The notes: a model not told the origin generated them from the letters alone. 64,000 nt of DNA from Octopus sinensis (GCF_006345805.1 NC_043005.1:27094001-27158000); one strand, 5' to 3'; counted from the stretch's first letter, positions 26,182 through 40,060 are shown. A program made the numbers and translations.

Positions 26182-27977
26182 TGATATTTAGTAAGTCTAT
26201 ACAATATGCTTTCTCAGGATGAATATTATAGTTTATGGCATCTAAAACAACACTTGAGTTAATACCACAAAAATCAACTTAAAAATGACTTAACAGATCC
26301 TACTATCAGGTGGTGCTATTAACTTAAACATGGCCTGGAATAATTTTTGGCTGAAACATGTCTAAAGTGTCTAAGCATATTGTGTGTGTGTGTGTGTGTG
26401 TATCATGACATTGCTTTGGCATAGTAATACTAATAACCAGTTGTTAGAACTTAAACGTACTAACGCTAAAGCATGAGGAGAATACAGAATATAGTGTCAA
26501 TTAATCAATGACTACAGAACAGGAGTTACTTAATCAATTTATTAGCTTTAAATACATATTTCCTGTTTTTTTTACATTAATTGATATATACACAGACATA
26601 TATATTTATATAAGGGACTTTTGAAACACTCCAGACACACAAATAATGTGTGAGAGAAGAAAAAATTGTTCCCTCTAAACTCTACTTTCAAACATCATGT
26701 TGAAAACACCAATAAAGGAGTTGTATCAAGATCGCTTGTCTTGCTAGAAATAGCAGCCAAACCTCTCTCAAATCACAACCATGTCGTACTGCCTCAAAAG
26801 ATAAATGGTAGAACACATTAGATATTATAGTACTGGTTTTACACTAAAACAAAATATAAACAGGGAAGTCACGGCTAGAATGCCTTTCACAGTGAGCCGG
26901 CTGGATCAGGACTGATCTGGATTTATACAACAACAACAACAACAACCTTGTAGAAATAGCCAAATTGTATATTTAAACCCCCAAAATTTCTCTGCAAACT
27001 AACAACCATTTCTCTGTGTGTGTGTGTGTAGGAAAGACACATGGTAATATGCGTAAAATATGACTGGTTTGTATGCCATAAGGTGCAGCTGGAAAAGAAA
27101 AGCCCTTTCTCAGAACTAACCCCTCTTCCTTCTACAACTCACAAGCTTATAGAAGAGTATGTCAAAGCTTACCATCTTTAGGGTCCTTGAAGTGAGGGCA
27201 CCTGACTTAGTGGTTACAGTATTCAGCTCTTGATTGTAAAGTCTTGAGGGCAATTCCTGGCAGTGCATTGTGTCCTTAAGCAAGACACTTTATTTTCACT
27301 TTGCTCCAGTCCATTCAGCTGACAAAAATGAGTAGTAGCTGTAATTCAAAGGGGCCAGGCTTGTCACATTCTGTGTCACACTGAATCTCCATGGAAGCTA
27401 CACTAAGGGTACATGTGTCTGGAGTTCTCAATCTTCACTTGCAGGCTGTTCCATCAATCAATTGGAATCCTCAATGTCATAACCAATTGAGTGCCAATGT
27501 TTTTGTGGAGTTGGGGTCACTGGGGTGCATGTGTATGTTTTTTTTAATTCTCCCCAAATTATATATGCATTCTTGTTTACCTAACTGAATTCCAAACAAA
27601 GACCCAGGTTCCATTTCTGTTCCTTCTTACTTTGGAGTCGAGCCATATGCAGCATGTTGCTTCAAACCCACTTGGATAGGTTGGGAAAATTAGAAAACAC
27701 CCTACCCACTCCAAAAAATGGTAGAGCATGATTATGACAATTTGTTAGTTTAGCATTATAATTAACCCTTTTGTTACTAACCCGGCCGAAACCACCTCTG
27801 ACTCTGTAGTACAAATGTCTTGTTCTGAATTAAAAATCTTCCACCGAACCTTAGTCACAATTTATGTTCCTAACACTAGCTTAATGATAACTAAGTTATT
27901 TTACTAAATTCTTTGTTATATTTAAAATTAATTGAACAGAACAGAGAGCATCTAAACAGAAATACAGTAACGAAAGG

Positions 27978-29773
27978 TACATTATTTACATTTGACGGAT
28001 ATTTGTCCTCATCTTGTTTGTTGTTAACACAACATTTTGTCTGATATACTCGCCAGCCTTCATCAGGTATCTTGGGGAAATTTCAAACTTGGGTTCTCAT
28101 TCCTAACAAATATCCATCAAATGTAAATAATGTACATAATTCCTCATCTCCTAAATATAGAACAGTAACGAAAGGGTTAAACAAATGAGAAATTAATCCC
28201 GAACTGGATATGTTATCAGCACCTTTCCAGTTTGTGTTCCGTGAAGCTATAATCCTCACCATTCCACCCCACTTGCTCCTCACAGCATCTCAATGAAGTG
28301 AATCCAAAATAGAACAGTGTGAATCGAACACGTAATCTTTGAGTTGGTAGCTAATAATCTTATTATCTTGCACCACCACCACCAAGACACCTGTTTCTTT
28401 TCTCATTCCAACTCATCCAGTTTTAAATTAATTTGGCTTCTACAGGTGATTCCCTTGCCTTCCTTGACAAGAGTTGATTATTAAAATTTCTATTATTTTT
28501 CTCTTCATTACACATGTAATTTTTACATTATTTACATTTGACAGATATTTGCCCTCATCTTGTTTGTTGTTAACACAACGCTTCGGCTGATATATCCTCC
28601 AACCTTCATCAGGTGTCTTGGGGAAATTTCAAACCTGGGTTCTCATTCCTAAGGTATTTTTCAATGTTATTATTATTAGTATTATCATTATTCAGGTCAC
28701 TGCCTGCAATTGAACTCGGAATCTTGGGGTTAGTAGCCCGTGCTCTTAACCACTACGCCATATGCCTGTGGACTAGTTTTTGATGGAGTTTTTTCTCTAT
28801 GTCTCCATTGAAGTCTAATGTTGGCTCTGTACCGATTAGATAATACAGCTCTATAGTTAAGAGATGAGGAATTATGTACATTATTTACATTTGACGGATA
28901 TTTATCCTCATCTTGTTTGTTGTTAACACAACATTTTGTCTGATATACTCGCCAGCCTTCATCAGGTATCTTGGGGAAATTTCAAACTTGGGTTCTCATT
29001 CCTAACAAATATCCATCAAATGTAAATAATGTACATAATTCCTCATCTCCTAATATAGAACAGTAACGAAAGGGTTAAACAAATGAGAATTAATCCCGAA
29101 CTGGATATGTTATCAGCACCTTTCCAGTTTGTGTTCCGTGAAGCTATAATCCTCACCATTCCACCCCACTTGCTCCTCACAGCATCTCAATGAAGTGAAT
29201 CCAAAATAGAACAGTGTGAATCGAACACGTAATCTTTGAGTTGGTAGCTAATAATCTTATTATCTTGCACCACCACCACCAAGACACCTGTTTCTTTTCT
29301 CATTCCAACTCATCCAGTTTTAAATTAATTTGGCTTCTACAGGTGATTCCCTTGCCTTCCTTGACAAGAGTTGATTATTAAAATTTCTATTATTTTTCTC
29401 TTCATTACACATGTAATTTTTACATTATTTACATTTGACAGATATTTGCCCTCATCTTGTTTGTTGTTAACACAACGCTTCGGCTGATATATCCTCCAAC
29501 CTTCATCAGGTGTCTTGGGGAAATTTCAAACCTGGGTTCTCATTCCTAAGGTATTTTTCAATGTTATTATTATTAGTATTATCATTATTCAGGTCACTGC
29601 CTGCAATTGAACTCGGAATCTTGGGGTTAGTAGCCCGTGCTCTTAACCACTACGCCATATGCCTGTGGACTAGTTTTTGATGGAGTTTTTTCTCTATGTC
29701 TCCATTGAAGTCTAATGTTGGCTCTGTACCGATTAGATAATACAGCTCTATAGTTAAGAGATGAGGAATTATG
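27978..29773. repeat. about 898-bp tandem duplication
   Basis: Copies start at 27978 and 28877, with homologous sequence resuming at 29774. They differ by homopolymer indels. Confidence 0.9.
28520..28768 (-). mobile_element. tRNA-headed SINE-like element carrying a hammerhead (family E)
   Basis: Minus strand has a tRNA-like head (tggcgtagtggttaagagc...gggctactaacccc...gagttcaattgc), an (AAT)n linker, then the hammerhead region. Other copies lie at about 27978-28160, 28877-29060, 29417-29665, 29774-30120, 40298-40690 and 16365-16500. Confidence 0.8.
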
Positions 29774-29821
29774 TACATTATTTACATTTGACGGATATTT
29801 ATCCTCATCTTGTTTGTTGTT

Positions 29822-29868
29822 AACACAACGTTTCGGCTGATATACCCTCCAGCCTTCATCAGGTTGTC
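29822..29868 (-). ncRNA. minimal type I hammerhead ribozyme motif in a tRNA-headed SINE-like element
   Basis: The minus strand reads GACA(A)C-CUGAUGA-A-GGCUG-GAGGGUAUAU-CAGCC-GAAAC-GU-U-GUGUU. It has an intact core, 5-bp stem II, palindromic ACGU stem III, a GUU triplet, and stem I with a 1-nt bulge. Confidence 0.75.
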
Positions 29869-30364
29869 TTGGGGAAATTTCGAACCTGGGTTCTCATTCC
29901 TAAGGTATTTTTTGATATTACACATCATCATCGTTTAACGTCTGTTGTCCGTGCTAGCACGGGTTGTATTATTATTGTCGTCGGCGTTGTTGTTCAGGTC
30001 ACTGCCTGGAATCGAACTCGGAATCTTGGGGTTAGTAGCCCATACACTTAACCACTATGCCATATATCCATCAAATGTAAATAATCTAAATAATGTATAT
30101 CTCTTAAATATAGAACTGTATGTAATTTTTAGTTATTCAAAATATTTGGAAGCTTGTCGCATTACATATATTAGCCTCCAATTAACTATATAGTTGATTG
30201 TCTAATCTCCTGATAATAGTTGTTAGTTGAATATCTTGTTCTATTAACTATTTTATTATTTCAATGTCTAAATTCTTCAGTTAAATGCGATACATTCAGA
30301 TAAATGTAGTTTTCCTGTATATATATGTATATATATATATATATATATATTTTTTATATATATA

Positions 30365-30438
<74 letters not shown>

Positions 30439-33253
30439 TACCTGTATATATAAAATATAGAACTGTGATGATAAAGTATAAGCATTGTTATATTAAAATA
30501 CACTATTCTTATAAAATAATATTCTTGTAATAAAATATGGTATTGTTATATAGAATCTATATGAAACAATATTCTTATAATAAAATATATCATTGTTATA
30601 ATAAAATGCATTATTGCTGATGAACAGTATTGTTATGATAAATATATAGCAGTGTTATAACTATACAAAACAATATTCTTATAATATATATATATAATAT
30701 AGTTATGATAAAATATATAGTGCAACGTTATGTAACAATTTGATGAAATTGTCTGTGCATTGCAATGAATTTGGAAATCAATATTAATGTCTAAGAAATT
30801 GAATGGTTAACCTACCAAAAATGTAAGAATAAGCAAATAGATATTCTATATGTGTGAAAGCAGAATCAAAGCTGGAAAATTATCAATTTACCTCTCTCCG
30901 TCCTCAATTCCACTTTATTTCTTAAAGCTGGAAATATATAAAACTCGATGTTTATTTTATTAGGAATTCTACTGTGACCTGACCTGCAGAGTGTCTCCGA
31001 TTCCATTTCTCTTAAACCCCTTTGTTACGAAATTCTTGCTGAAATACATCACTTTTGTTTTAATTAATTTTGAAAATGGTGAGGAATTTAGTAAAAAATT
31101 AACTTTCTCGTTATTAACTTGATGTTGTAAGATAAATTAACATATTTTGATGGAAGGTTTTAATGTAAATCATTATAAAACAAGGAAGTTTGTATCATAC
31201 AACCAGGGGCAGTTTGATATCAAAAGGGTTAAACAAAATAAAGGGTTTTCATTGTTTTCCAGGCAGTGCAGGACTTGATGCAGTCATTAGTTTATTGGAA
31301 TCTTAATAAGGATTGATATAACTTCAATAATATTTGTTACTTAAGCATAAAGACAATTGTCGACAATGTTAGAAGGATGTGATTAAATTCATCAACACTT
31401 GTACATTACCGGTACATATCTCATCAGTTTTGGTGGGATAAAAGACAAAGCTGACTCTTGAAGGAGTTTAGAATTTGAACCAAGGGAAATAAACTAAATA
31501 CTTCTAAATAAAGCTTCACCTTGACACTACAGACTATTTGAGCCAGCTTCACCAGTTTGATACTCCATAGTCTTAAGTCTGGTTCATCAGTTTTCCAATA
31601 TATTTACATGTGTGTGTGTGTGTGTATGCATGTATGTATAGCCTGAGCAACATTCAATAGTTGATATTGTTCAGTCTAATCCATGTTCAACAAGTTGACA
31701 TGACATTGTCTGCGGCATCATCATCAATCGCTTGACACTAACAATGTGAGTAAAATTTGCAATCCTGGAACGGCATTGTCTGAACTAGGTTCAGCAGTTT
31801 GTCACTGCTACACCATCCATCTGAGCCAGTTTCACGTATAAATTTTAAATGTATTTGTCAGTTAAGTCTTCTGAAGTGAGTTTTCCTTGGTGCTAAATTT
31901 CCCGTTTTGTTTTCCCATTCACAGTCATTGTGATAAACAAAATGTACTGAAGTAGATGATTAAATGTGATGATGGAGGAGAATAAGAACTGCAATAATGT
32001 AAATGTAAGAGATTAGAAATGCTTCAAGCTAGACCCTAACCCAACCCACACCAGAAAAGGAAAACAAATATTGATACGACAATGATGATGATGACAATGA
32101 CGACGACTCAATTATAATTTCTTTTATTTTTAAAAAGCATTTAAATATTGGGAACTGATAGAAAAGTAAAGCAGTGTCATGTTGCTGAAGACAAGGTCTT
32201 TAGTCATGTTTGCATGACGAAGAGAGTGAGAGGTGTCAATTGTATGCAAAGAACATGTAAAGTAAATGGACCAAACAGGAATCAAACCCTTATTGTAAAC
32301 ATTATTTCCCAAATGTTTATTAAGACTATATAATGTATAGTTAAGATAATTATGCAACATTATAACACCTGGCAACTAGGTAGGGATACCTAAGTAGCCT
32401 TTGTTTAAAACAGTTGTAATTCAATTCTAGTAAGGTTGACTGCAGCATAATACCTCACCTGGGTTCAAATTCATTGGCAAGAGACAGAATCTCATATGTT
32501 TGTGTAAGATGTGGAATGATTGAAAGCCACTACACCAAATTACAATATAGAGAATAATCCCAGCATGCTTGCCCTGTAAGAGATAGCAATGAAATCTCAC
32601 CTAATACCTACTGGTATGATATAAGAGGCATTAGACAACATAGGGTAGAGTACATTATGCTGAGGCAAGATTAACAAAGCTGGAACACCTTTGATCATAG
32701 GTCTGCTTGGTGAGGAATAGCCTGGAGCTAAACAATAACACATCTAGCATTAGGTGATTGGTTACATTATCAATTAGTGATCCGCAAGTCAAATATCAAT
32801 CAATGACTTTTGGTTATAATTAATTTATGTATTATTTATTTACTTGGAGAAATTTTCCAATACAAAACATGAATTCTCATCAAAATATCTTCCATTGTAG
32901 TAAAGAACTTTATTTTTAAAAGACTTTACACTTTATGAATGACTTCTATGTTTATACTTGTTGCTATGGAAGCAGTTGTCATGTGACCACTGATACCACT
33001 TCTAGTAATAAACCCTTTATCTCTCTCTTTCTCAGTTTTTATATCTGTCAAAACACACATGCATACATATATATGCATACATGTGGGTTTTCTTGAACCA
33101 CTGCATTTAATTTCTAGGTAAGATGTGTCATTTTAAGCAAAACATTCCACTATTTCATTTCAAGTCTTCATAATTTAATGAATTTAACATTCCTTTATAA
33201 ATTGTGTGTGTGTGCATATATATATATATGTGTGTGTGTGTGTGTATGTAATA

Positions 33254-33294
<41 letters not shown>

Positions 33295-33296
<2 letters not shown>

Positions 33297-33672
33297 GCTA
33301 CTTCAGCACTCCATTGGTTATGATGACGAGAGTTCCAGTTGATCTGATCAACAGAACAGCCTGCTCGTGAAATTAACGTGCAAGTGGCTGAGCACTCCAC
33401 AGACACATGTACCCTTAGCATAGTTCTCGTTGGAGATTGAGCGTGACACAGAGTGTGACAAGGCTGACCCCCTTTGAAATGCAGGTACAACAGAAACAGG
33501 AAGAAAGAGTGAGAGAAAGTTGTGATGAAAGAGTACAGCAGAGTTTGCCACTCCACCCCGTGCCAGAGCCTCATGGAGCTTTAGGTGTTTTCACTCATTA
33601 AACACTCACAACACCTAGTCTGGGAACCAAAACCACGAGTTTGCTACCCTAGCCACTGGGCCATTGCACCTC
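33295..33672 (-). mobile_element. tRNA-derived SINE family F
   Basis: The body (gtggctgagcactccacagacac..gtacccttagc...gtgacacagagtgtgacaaggctg.ccctttgaa) is shared in reverse with 27195-27500(+). Confidence 0.7.
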
Positions 33673-34610
33673 CACATATATATATATATATATTTATACA
33701 GCGTATGTATATGTATATATACACGCACATATAGCATTCTTCTATAACTAATTCACTCAATGTCTGATATACATATGTATTTATATATATCTATATATAT
33801 ATATATATATATACGTATGTATGTATATATATATACATATATATATATACATATATATATATAAACATTTATTTATTCATGATTTTCATTACCTCATCTA
33901 CTTGCTGCTCGTTCACATGCTTCGTTCATAACAAACAAAAAGTCCATTCAGGTGTGGTGGTCATATATGTTTCTTCTTCAAATGGCTGCAACCAAGATGC
34001 TTTTCACAATTACCACACCAGCAATTCAGGTGATACATGGAGTCTAAACACGGATCGCCTCTTACTTGAATCCATCATCCCTTGCACACACACACATACA
34101 CACTTGCTCTCTCAACCACATCCATGATCACTTTCAGACTCACCGCTGCAAACTGACAAAAACCACACTTTTTACTTTACACTGTGCCATCCTGCAAACC
34201 CCAACACTTACAGCAGTAAACTCACCTTCACATGGCTGCTTTTGACAGCTTGTTGGACTGTAACCAGTAAGAGTAACCTCCCTTGGTTATGAAACCTAGC
34301 ACTGTACCAGGTGGATTTTCAACGGACCACCGATTTTTTTGCTTTGTTAATCCAACAGCATTTTTAGCCAGTTGTCAAACCACAATTACTTCTCGGTCAT
34401 TTGAATATTTCTACATTTTTCATTCATTTTTATTTGTGTGTGCGTTTTTTATTAACCCATTCATTGTGCAGTGTTTTTTGCCTTTTCATTTGTGTATTTT
34501 TTTTGTTTATGTATGCGTGTGTCTATCTATTTGTCTCTCTCTCTATATATATATATGTATGTATATATATATATATGTATGTATGTGTATATATATATAT
34601 ATATATATAT

Positions 34611-35669
34611 TGCCCCCCCCCCCGGACATGTTTTCTTTTGTGCCTTGTTTAATGCCAAAGATTACTTAATTACAAATACCTCTTGGATCTTTCAATAACT
34701 TGTCTATATTGAATCTATGGTTATCAGTTAAATGTGTATGTATAAATGTTTACGTGTGTGTTCATACATATATATATATATATATATACAAATGTCTGTG
34801 TATTTTTCAGTGTTTACAAATAACACGGAAAAAATAAATAAATAGTTACCATGGTAGCAAAAATTCACATAAATGCCAAGGATGTAACAGCCTACTTATA
34901 AAGGTAGAAATTCCAGGTTTTGGTGAAATGTTTTTAGATAACATAGATAAATAAATGGAGTTAACGCAGGTGTTATTCAAAGATTTGAATAGCACATGCG
35001 TTTAACTCCATATATATATATATATATGTATGTATGTATGTGTTGTTGAGAAGACTAATTTTTTAAGCTATTAACCTCATCTTTGGAGACAAAACATTTT
35101 TTTAAACTATTTACATCAATCTAGACTTATTTTGATAAGTTTGATCACCATTTAACATTGAGTGTCTATGGATAAGAGCAGTATTATCTTCAGTTTAGAA
35201 ATACATTTTCTAGTTCAAATCCAGTCTGGTACTTTGTACATATCCAGGAATAAGACACTTGATGACAATCAGCAGCCAAAGCAGTGAAAACATGATATAA
35301 ATGTAAATATTAAAAATAAAGAAGAAAAAAAAACCTTCACTAAAAATAAGGTTAATAGTTAAAAAATTTATAATCTTATTTTAATAATCTACGTTTATTC
35401 ATTTATATACTAATTACATCATAATTATCTGTTGCAGTTTTCCTTGATTTTGATTTTGTTTTGAGCTTGTGGGGAGTATTTTTTCATTTTATTTTTCATT
35501 TTTCATTTTTTTTTCTAGATGTCATTCTTGAATAATTTCACATAAAAAACAACAGCAAAATTGTTTTAAAAATTCATTGACAATATAGCAAAAAGAAAAA
35601 AAACTATATATATGATAATAAATAAATATATACATATATATAAATAAATGCATATATGTATATATATAT

Positions 35670-35700
<31 letters not shown>

Positions 35701-36742
35701 TGCCCCCCCCCCCGGACATGTTTTCTTTTGTGCCTTGTTTAATGCCAAAGATTACTTAATTACAAATACCTCTTGGATCTTTCAATAACTTGTCTATATT
35801 GAATCTATGGTTATCAGTTAAATGTGTATGTATAAATGTTTACGTGTGTGTTCATACATATATATATATATATATATACAAATGTCTGTGTATTTTTCAG
35901 TGTTTACAAATAACACGGAAAAAATAAATAAATAGTTACCATGGTAGCAAAAATTCACATAAATGCCAAGGATGTAACAGCCTACTTATAAAGGTAGAAA
36001 TTCCAGGTTTTGGTGAAATGTTTTTAGATAACATAGATAAATAAATGGAGTTAACGCAGGTGTTATTCAAAGATTTGAATAGCACATGCGTTTAACTCCA
36101 TATATATATATATATATGTATGTATGTATGTGTTGTTGAGAAGACTAATTTTTTAAGCTATTAACCTCATCTTTGGAGACAAAACATTTTTTTAAACTAT
36201 TTACATCAATCTAGACTTATTTTGATAAGTTTGATCACCATTTAACATTGAGTGTCTATGGATAAGAGCAGTATTATCTTCAGTTTAGAAATACATTTTC
36301 TAGTTCAAATCCAGTCTGGTACTTTGTACATATCCAGGAATAAGACACTTGATGACAATCAGCAGCCAAAGCAGTGAAAACATGATATAAATGTAAATAT
36401 TAAAAATAAAGAAGAAAAAAAAACCTTCACTAAAAATAAGGTTAATAGTTAAAAAATTTATAATCTTATTTTAATAATCTACGTTTATTCATTTATATAC
36501 TAATTACATCATAATTATCTGTTGCAGTTTTCCTTGATTTTGATTTTGTTTTGAGCTTGTGGGGAGTATTTTTTCATTTTATTTTTCATTTTTCATTTTT
36601 TTTTCTAGATGTCATTCTTGAATAATTTCACATAAAAAACAACAGCAAAATTGTTTTAAAAATTCATTGACAATATAGCAAAAAGAAAAAAAACTATATA
36701 TATGATAATAAATAAATATATACATATATATAAATAAATGCA

Positions 36743-36790
<48 letters not shown>
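34611..36790. repeat. 1090-bp tandem duplication bounded by (TA)n
   Basis: tgccccccccccggacatg occurs at 34611 and 35701. The copies appear identical outside the microsatellite. Confidence 0.9.
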
Positions 36791-36795
<5 letters not shown>

Positions 36796-39414
36796 AATTC
36801 CAAATATACTACAAATTATAATTTATATTATTAGAACAATTGCTTTGTGAAAAACAGAGCCTTTGGAGTCACTTGTGCTTACATTCCTGGCAATAATTTC
36901 TGTTCATTCCTTCTTCTTTTCAAGCACCGACTTTGAGCCATAATTTGGAATTGTTGGTTTAAATATAAATAAACGTTTCTCAGCCAAAATGTGAGGACAT
37001 TGCAAGTGTGAGGTGTCATTTATGTCACCCTACTGAAACCAAATATATAAAGAGAGTTTAAAGATTAAAAGAAACACAATAAAATATCTAGAATTTTCTC
37101 ATGTTTTCTTCGTGTTTTTTGTTATTTTTGTTATTTATTTATTTCTTCTTCCCATTGACCTAACAGTTAAGGTGTTGCGCTCAGAATTCTAAGGTCATGG
37201 TTTCAATTCCCAGACAGCATTGTGTTGTGTTTCCAGTCCACTCAGCTGTAAATGAGTTCCAGCAATTGCAGAGAAGTTAACCCTGAGAGGGACTGGCATT
37301 CTATTCAGGGGGAGTTTTGTAATCCCGGTCACTTATATGCCATGGAAACTAGGTTAAACTTTAGTCTTATGAGTCCCAAAGTTCATAATAGACCCAAGTC
37401 TTTACCTTTAAAACATGTTCTCATCTGACCCCAGCATTCATCTCCAAACTGAAGCATCACCCACCTCTGACACTGCACTTAGTTCCTGTCAAAGAGGCTT
37501 AATTTTCAGCTGCTCTGTCAACATCATTGCTTGTGTTATATAATAGGTACCATGGTAAGGTGTTTTTGTCTTCATCTGATGTAAGTTTGCTGTGCTTTTT
37601 GCTTTTGGCCTGAATGGTTGAGCCCAGCCTAAAGAGATCAGTGTAGTTGCTGTTCTACTGAACAACTACAAGAAAGGGAATTCTACAGGGCTGGCATCCT
37701 GAACGGCATAGCGGTAAATGCAGGGTCAGTGTAGGTGGGGTGGACACAATATCAATGACAAGACAAAACAAGTCAAGTGAACCTTCATAGAAGCAGCTCG
37801 AGATCTGGCAAATCTGAAGAATCCATGATGCTGTGGAATTGTCTCTTTGTAGAATGGTTGTATGAAAAAGCATGGTATATATATATATCAGAACAACAGA
37901 AAGAAAACTAGAATAAGGAAACAATATGTCTGTGGTTCAAAGACACGAATGTGTTGAGAGATATTTTGCCAATCAGTTGGGGTAATTTATTTCTATGTAT
38001 AGTCTTAGATCTCTCTACTTGTAGCAGCAGTCCCAAAATTCTTTCTGTTACTTTCAAAACTTGGTCCATTAATAATTGCTTTTTTATTATTATTATTTAG
38101 AGCATTTCCATTACCTATGTAGCAGTATCTTGATGATACAGTATGAACCCTTTACTCACTGGTTGACTATGGAAGTGTCTAGCTTTGAACCCCAATTCCA
38201 CAGCATGCCCTCTAATGGTGTGCCTATATTTTGTAGGATACACAGATGGTGATGCAGTCACACAGATGTGTATGTCATCATCATCATCATCGTTTAATGT
38301 CCGTTTTCCATGCTGGCATGGGTTGGATGGTTCGACTGGGGTCTGGGAAGCCAGGAGGCTGCACCAGGCTCCAATCTGAACTGGCAGTGTTTCTACAGCT
38401 GGATGCCCTTCCTAAGGCCAACTACTCAGAGTGTAGTGGGTGCTTTTTACTTGCCACAGGCACAGGGACCAGAGGGAAAGACATCGACTATGATCGGATG
38501 ATGCTTTTTACGTGCCACTGGCATGGAAGCCAGTCAAAGCAGCACTGGCATTGGCCACGTTTGGATGGTGCTTTTTACATATTACCGGCATGGGGCTCAC
38601 ATCTACAATTTCCATTTGATTTGATTTTGATATTGCTGATGTTGATGTACTTGACTCAATAGGTCTCCTCAAGCATGGCATGTCGCCCTACAATCCAAGG
38701 TACTTTTGAGTGGGCTGGTTATGTGACACTGGTGTAGGTTACAGCTGTGAACTCACTTTATTTGCCGAGTCTTCTCAGCCACAACATACCTCCAGAGGTC
38801 TCAGTCTTTTGTCATTACCTCTGTGAGGCCCAACGTTCGAAGAAACATTGCCAGATCAGACTGGACCTGGTGCAGCCTTCTGGTTTCCCAGACCCCAGTT
38901 GAACCGTCCAACCCATGCTAGCATGGAAAGCGGACGCTAAACGATGATGATGATGATGATATCATCATCATCATTTAACATGTTTTCCACACTGGTATGA
39001 ACTGGACAGTTTGACCAGAGCTAGCAAGCTGGAGAATTGTACCAGTGTCCACTCATGCATTTTGGCCTGGTTTCTACAGCTGAATGCTCTTCCTTAAAGA
39101 GTGTACTGAGTCCTTTTTACATGGCACTGGCACATGATTTTTATGTGACACCAGCACCTGTCACTGCTGATGCCAAAAGAGGAATAAAAGTTCTTAGATA
39201 TGTACAACAAAATATATTACTGATGACAGAAAAATAAGTCAGAAGTGATGGAAGTATTTTTCCTTCATTTATATACAGACCTAAAGTGTCTAGATTTTGT
39301 TATTTGTTATTGCAGGAGGCACTGTTCTTGCTGGGATCTGTTCTTGTTTCTGGCCTGTATTAACAAAATAGATGCTATAAATAGAAGCATATTACTGTGT
39401 TAAAATGTGAATAA

Positions 39415-40060
39415 TTGGTATTGTATCTTGTGATCAAAAGAACAGATCCTGTACACACTAGATCTTTTCTGCAATCTGACCTGGAAACAATGCTGCAATG
39501 GACTACCAACTGGCCGCTCAGGCTGGCAATAGACAAGTGTACCACTATATATTTTGGGCTAAAAAAAACTTGGAATTTTTTTAGCTACTTTCTCTATAAA
39601 ACCAGCCATAAGAAGTCTTCTGGTAAATGTAACCCAGGCATTATTATTGAGAATATTCTGCACTGGATGAACCTCATTTCTAAAATCGTCAAAAGGACCC
39701 AAGTTGTCATAGCATCATTTGTCAGCCACTTACCTGTTATCTATTTAAAACTATATATGGCTATAGTACATCAGACTGCTTACACTTCCAATCTGGAACT
39801 CCAATCTTGTCCAAAATATTGATCTACTGGAAACCGTCAAAGACATGCAAACAGACAAATACCCTCCATCAGACACTAGTTTTGAATGTCTTAATACTCC
39901 AGGCATCGACACGCTAAACATTCAATGTTGAGCAGCTGGCTTGGAGGAACCCCACAAGATTATCCAATATATTTCCAATGATAACTTTTTAAATTCAAAA
40001 ATTTAATATCTCTACAACACAGAGACATGATTATGAAATCAAGCACCCATAAATTTCAGA
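39415..40060 (+). mobile_element. CR1/L2-like LINE reverse transcriptase 3' remnant
   Basis: Reads LQSDLETMLQWTTNWPLRLAIDKCTTIYFG, GIII...LHW..LISKIVKR and a decayed NIDLLETV.R.A.R.IP. Confidence 0.7.

Noticed and set aside
28026-28072. Family E hammerhead copies at 28026, 28925, about 40343 and about 40565
   Set aside because: Core lesions (GAAA lost, CUAAUGA, or deletion at the cleavage site) mean they are not called as ribozymes individually.
28690-28768. tRNA-like heads of SINE families A, C, E and F as tRNA genes
   Set aside because: Each is fused to a repeat body and lacks a complete acceptor stem.
37560-37924. GC-richer unique block with an 89-aa ORF and a signal-peptide-like MKVHLTCFVLSLILC frame
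   Set aside because: All frames stop early, and there is no recognisable domain or coherent splice structure.
39316-39366. Possible terminal exon after ttattgcAG (GTVLAGICSCFWPVLTK*)
   Set aside because: Too short, with no partner exon found, and adjacent to a LINE remnant.
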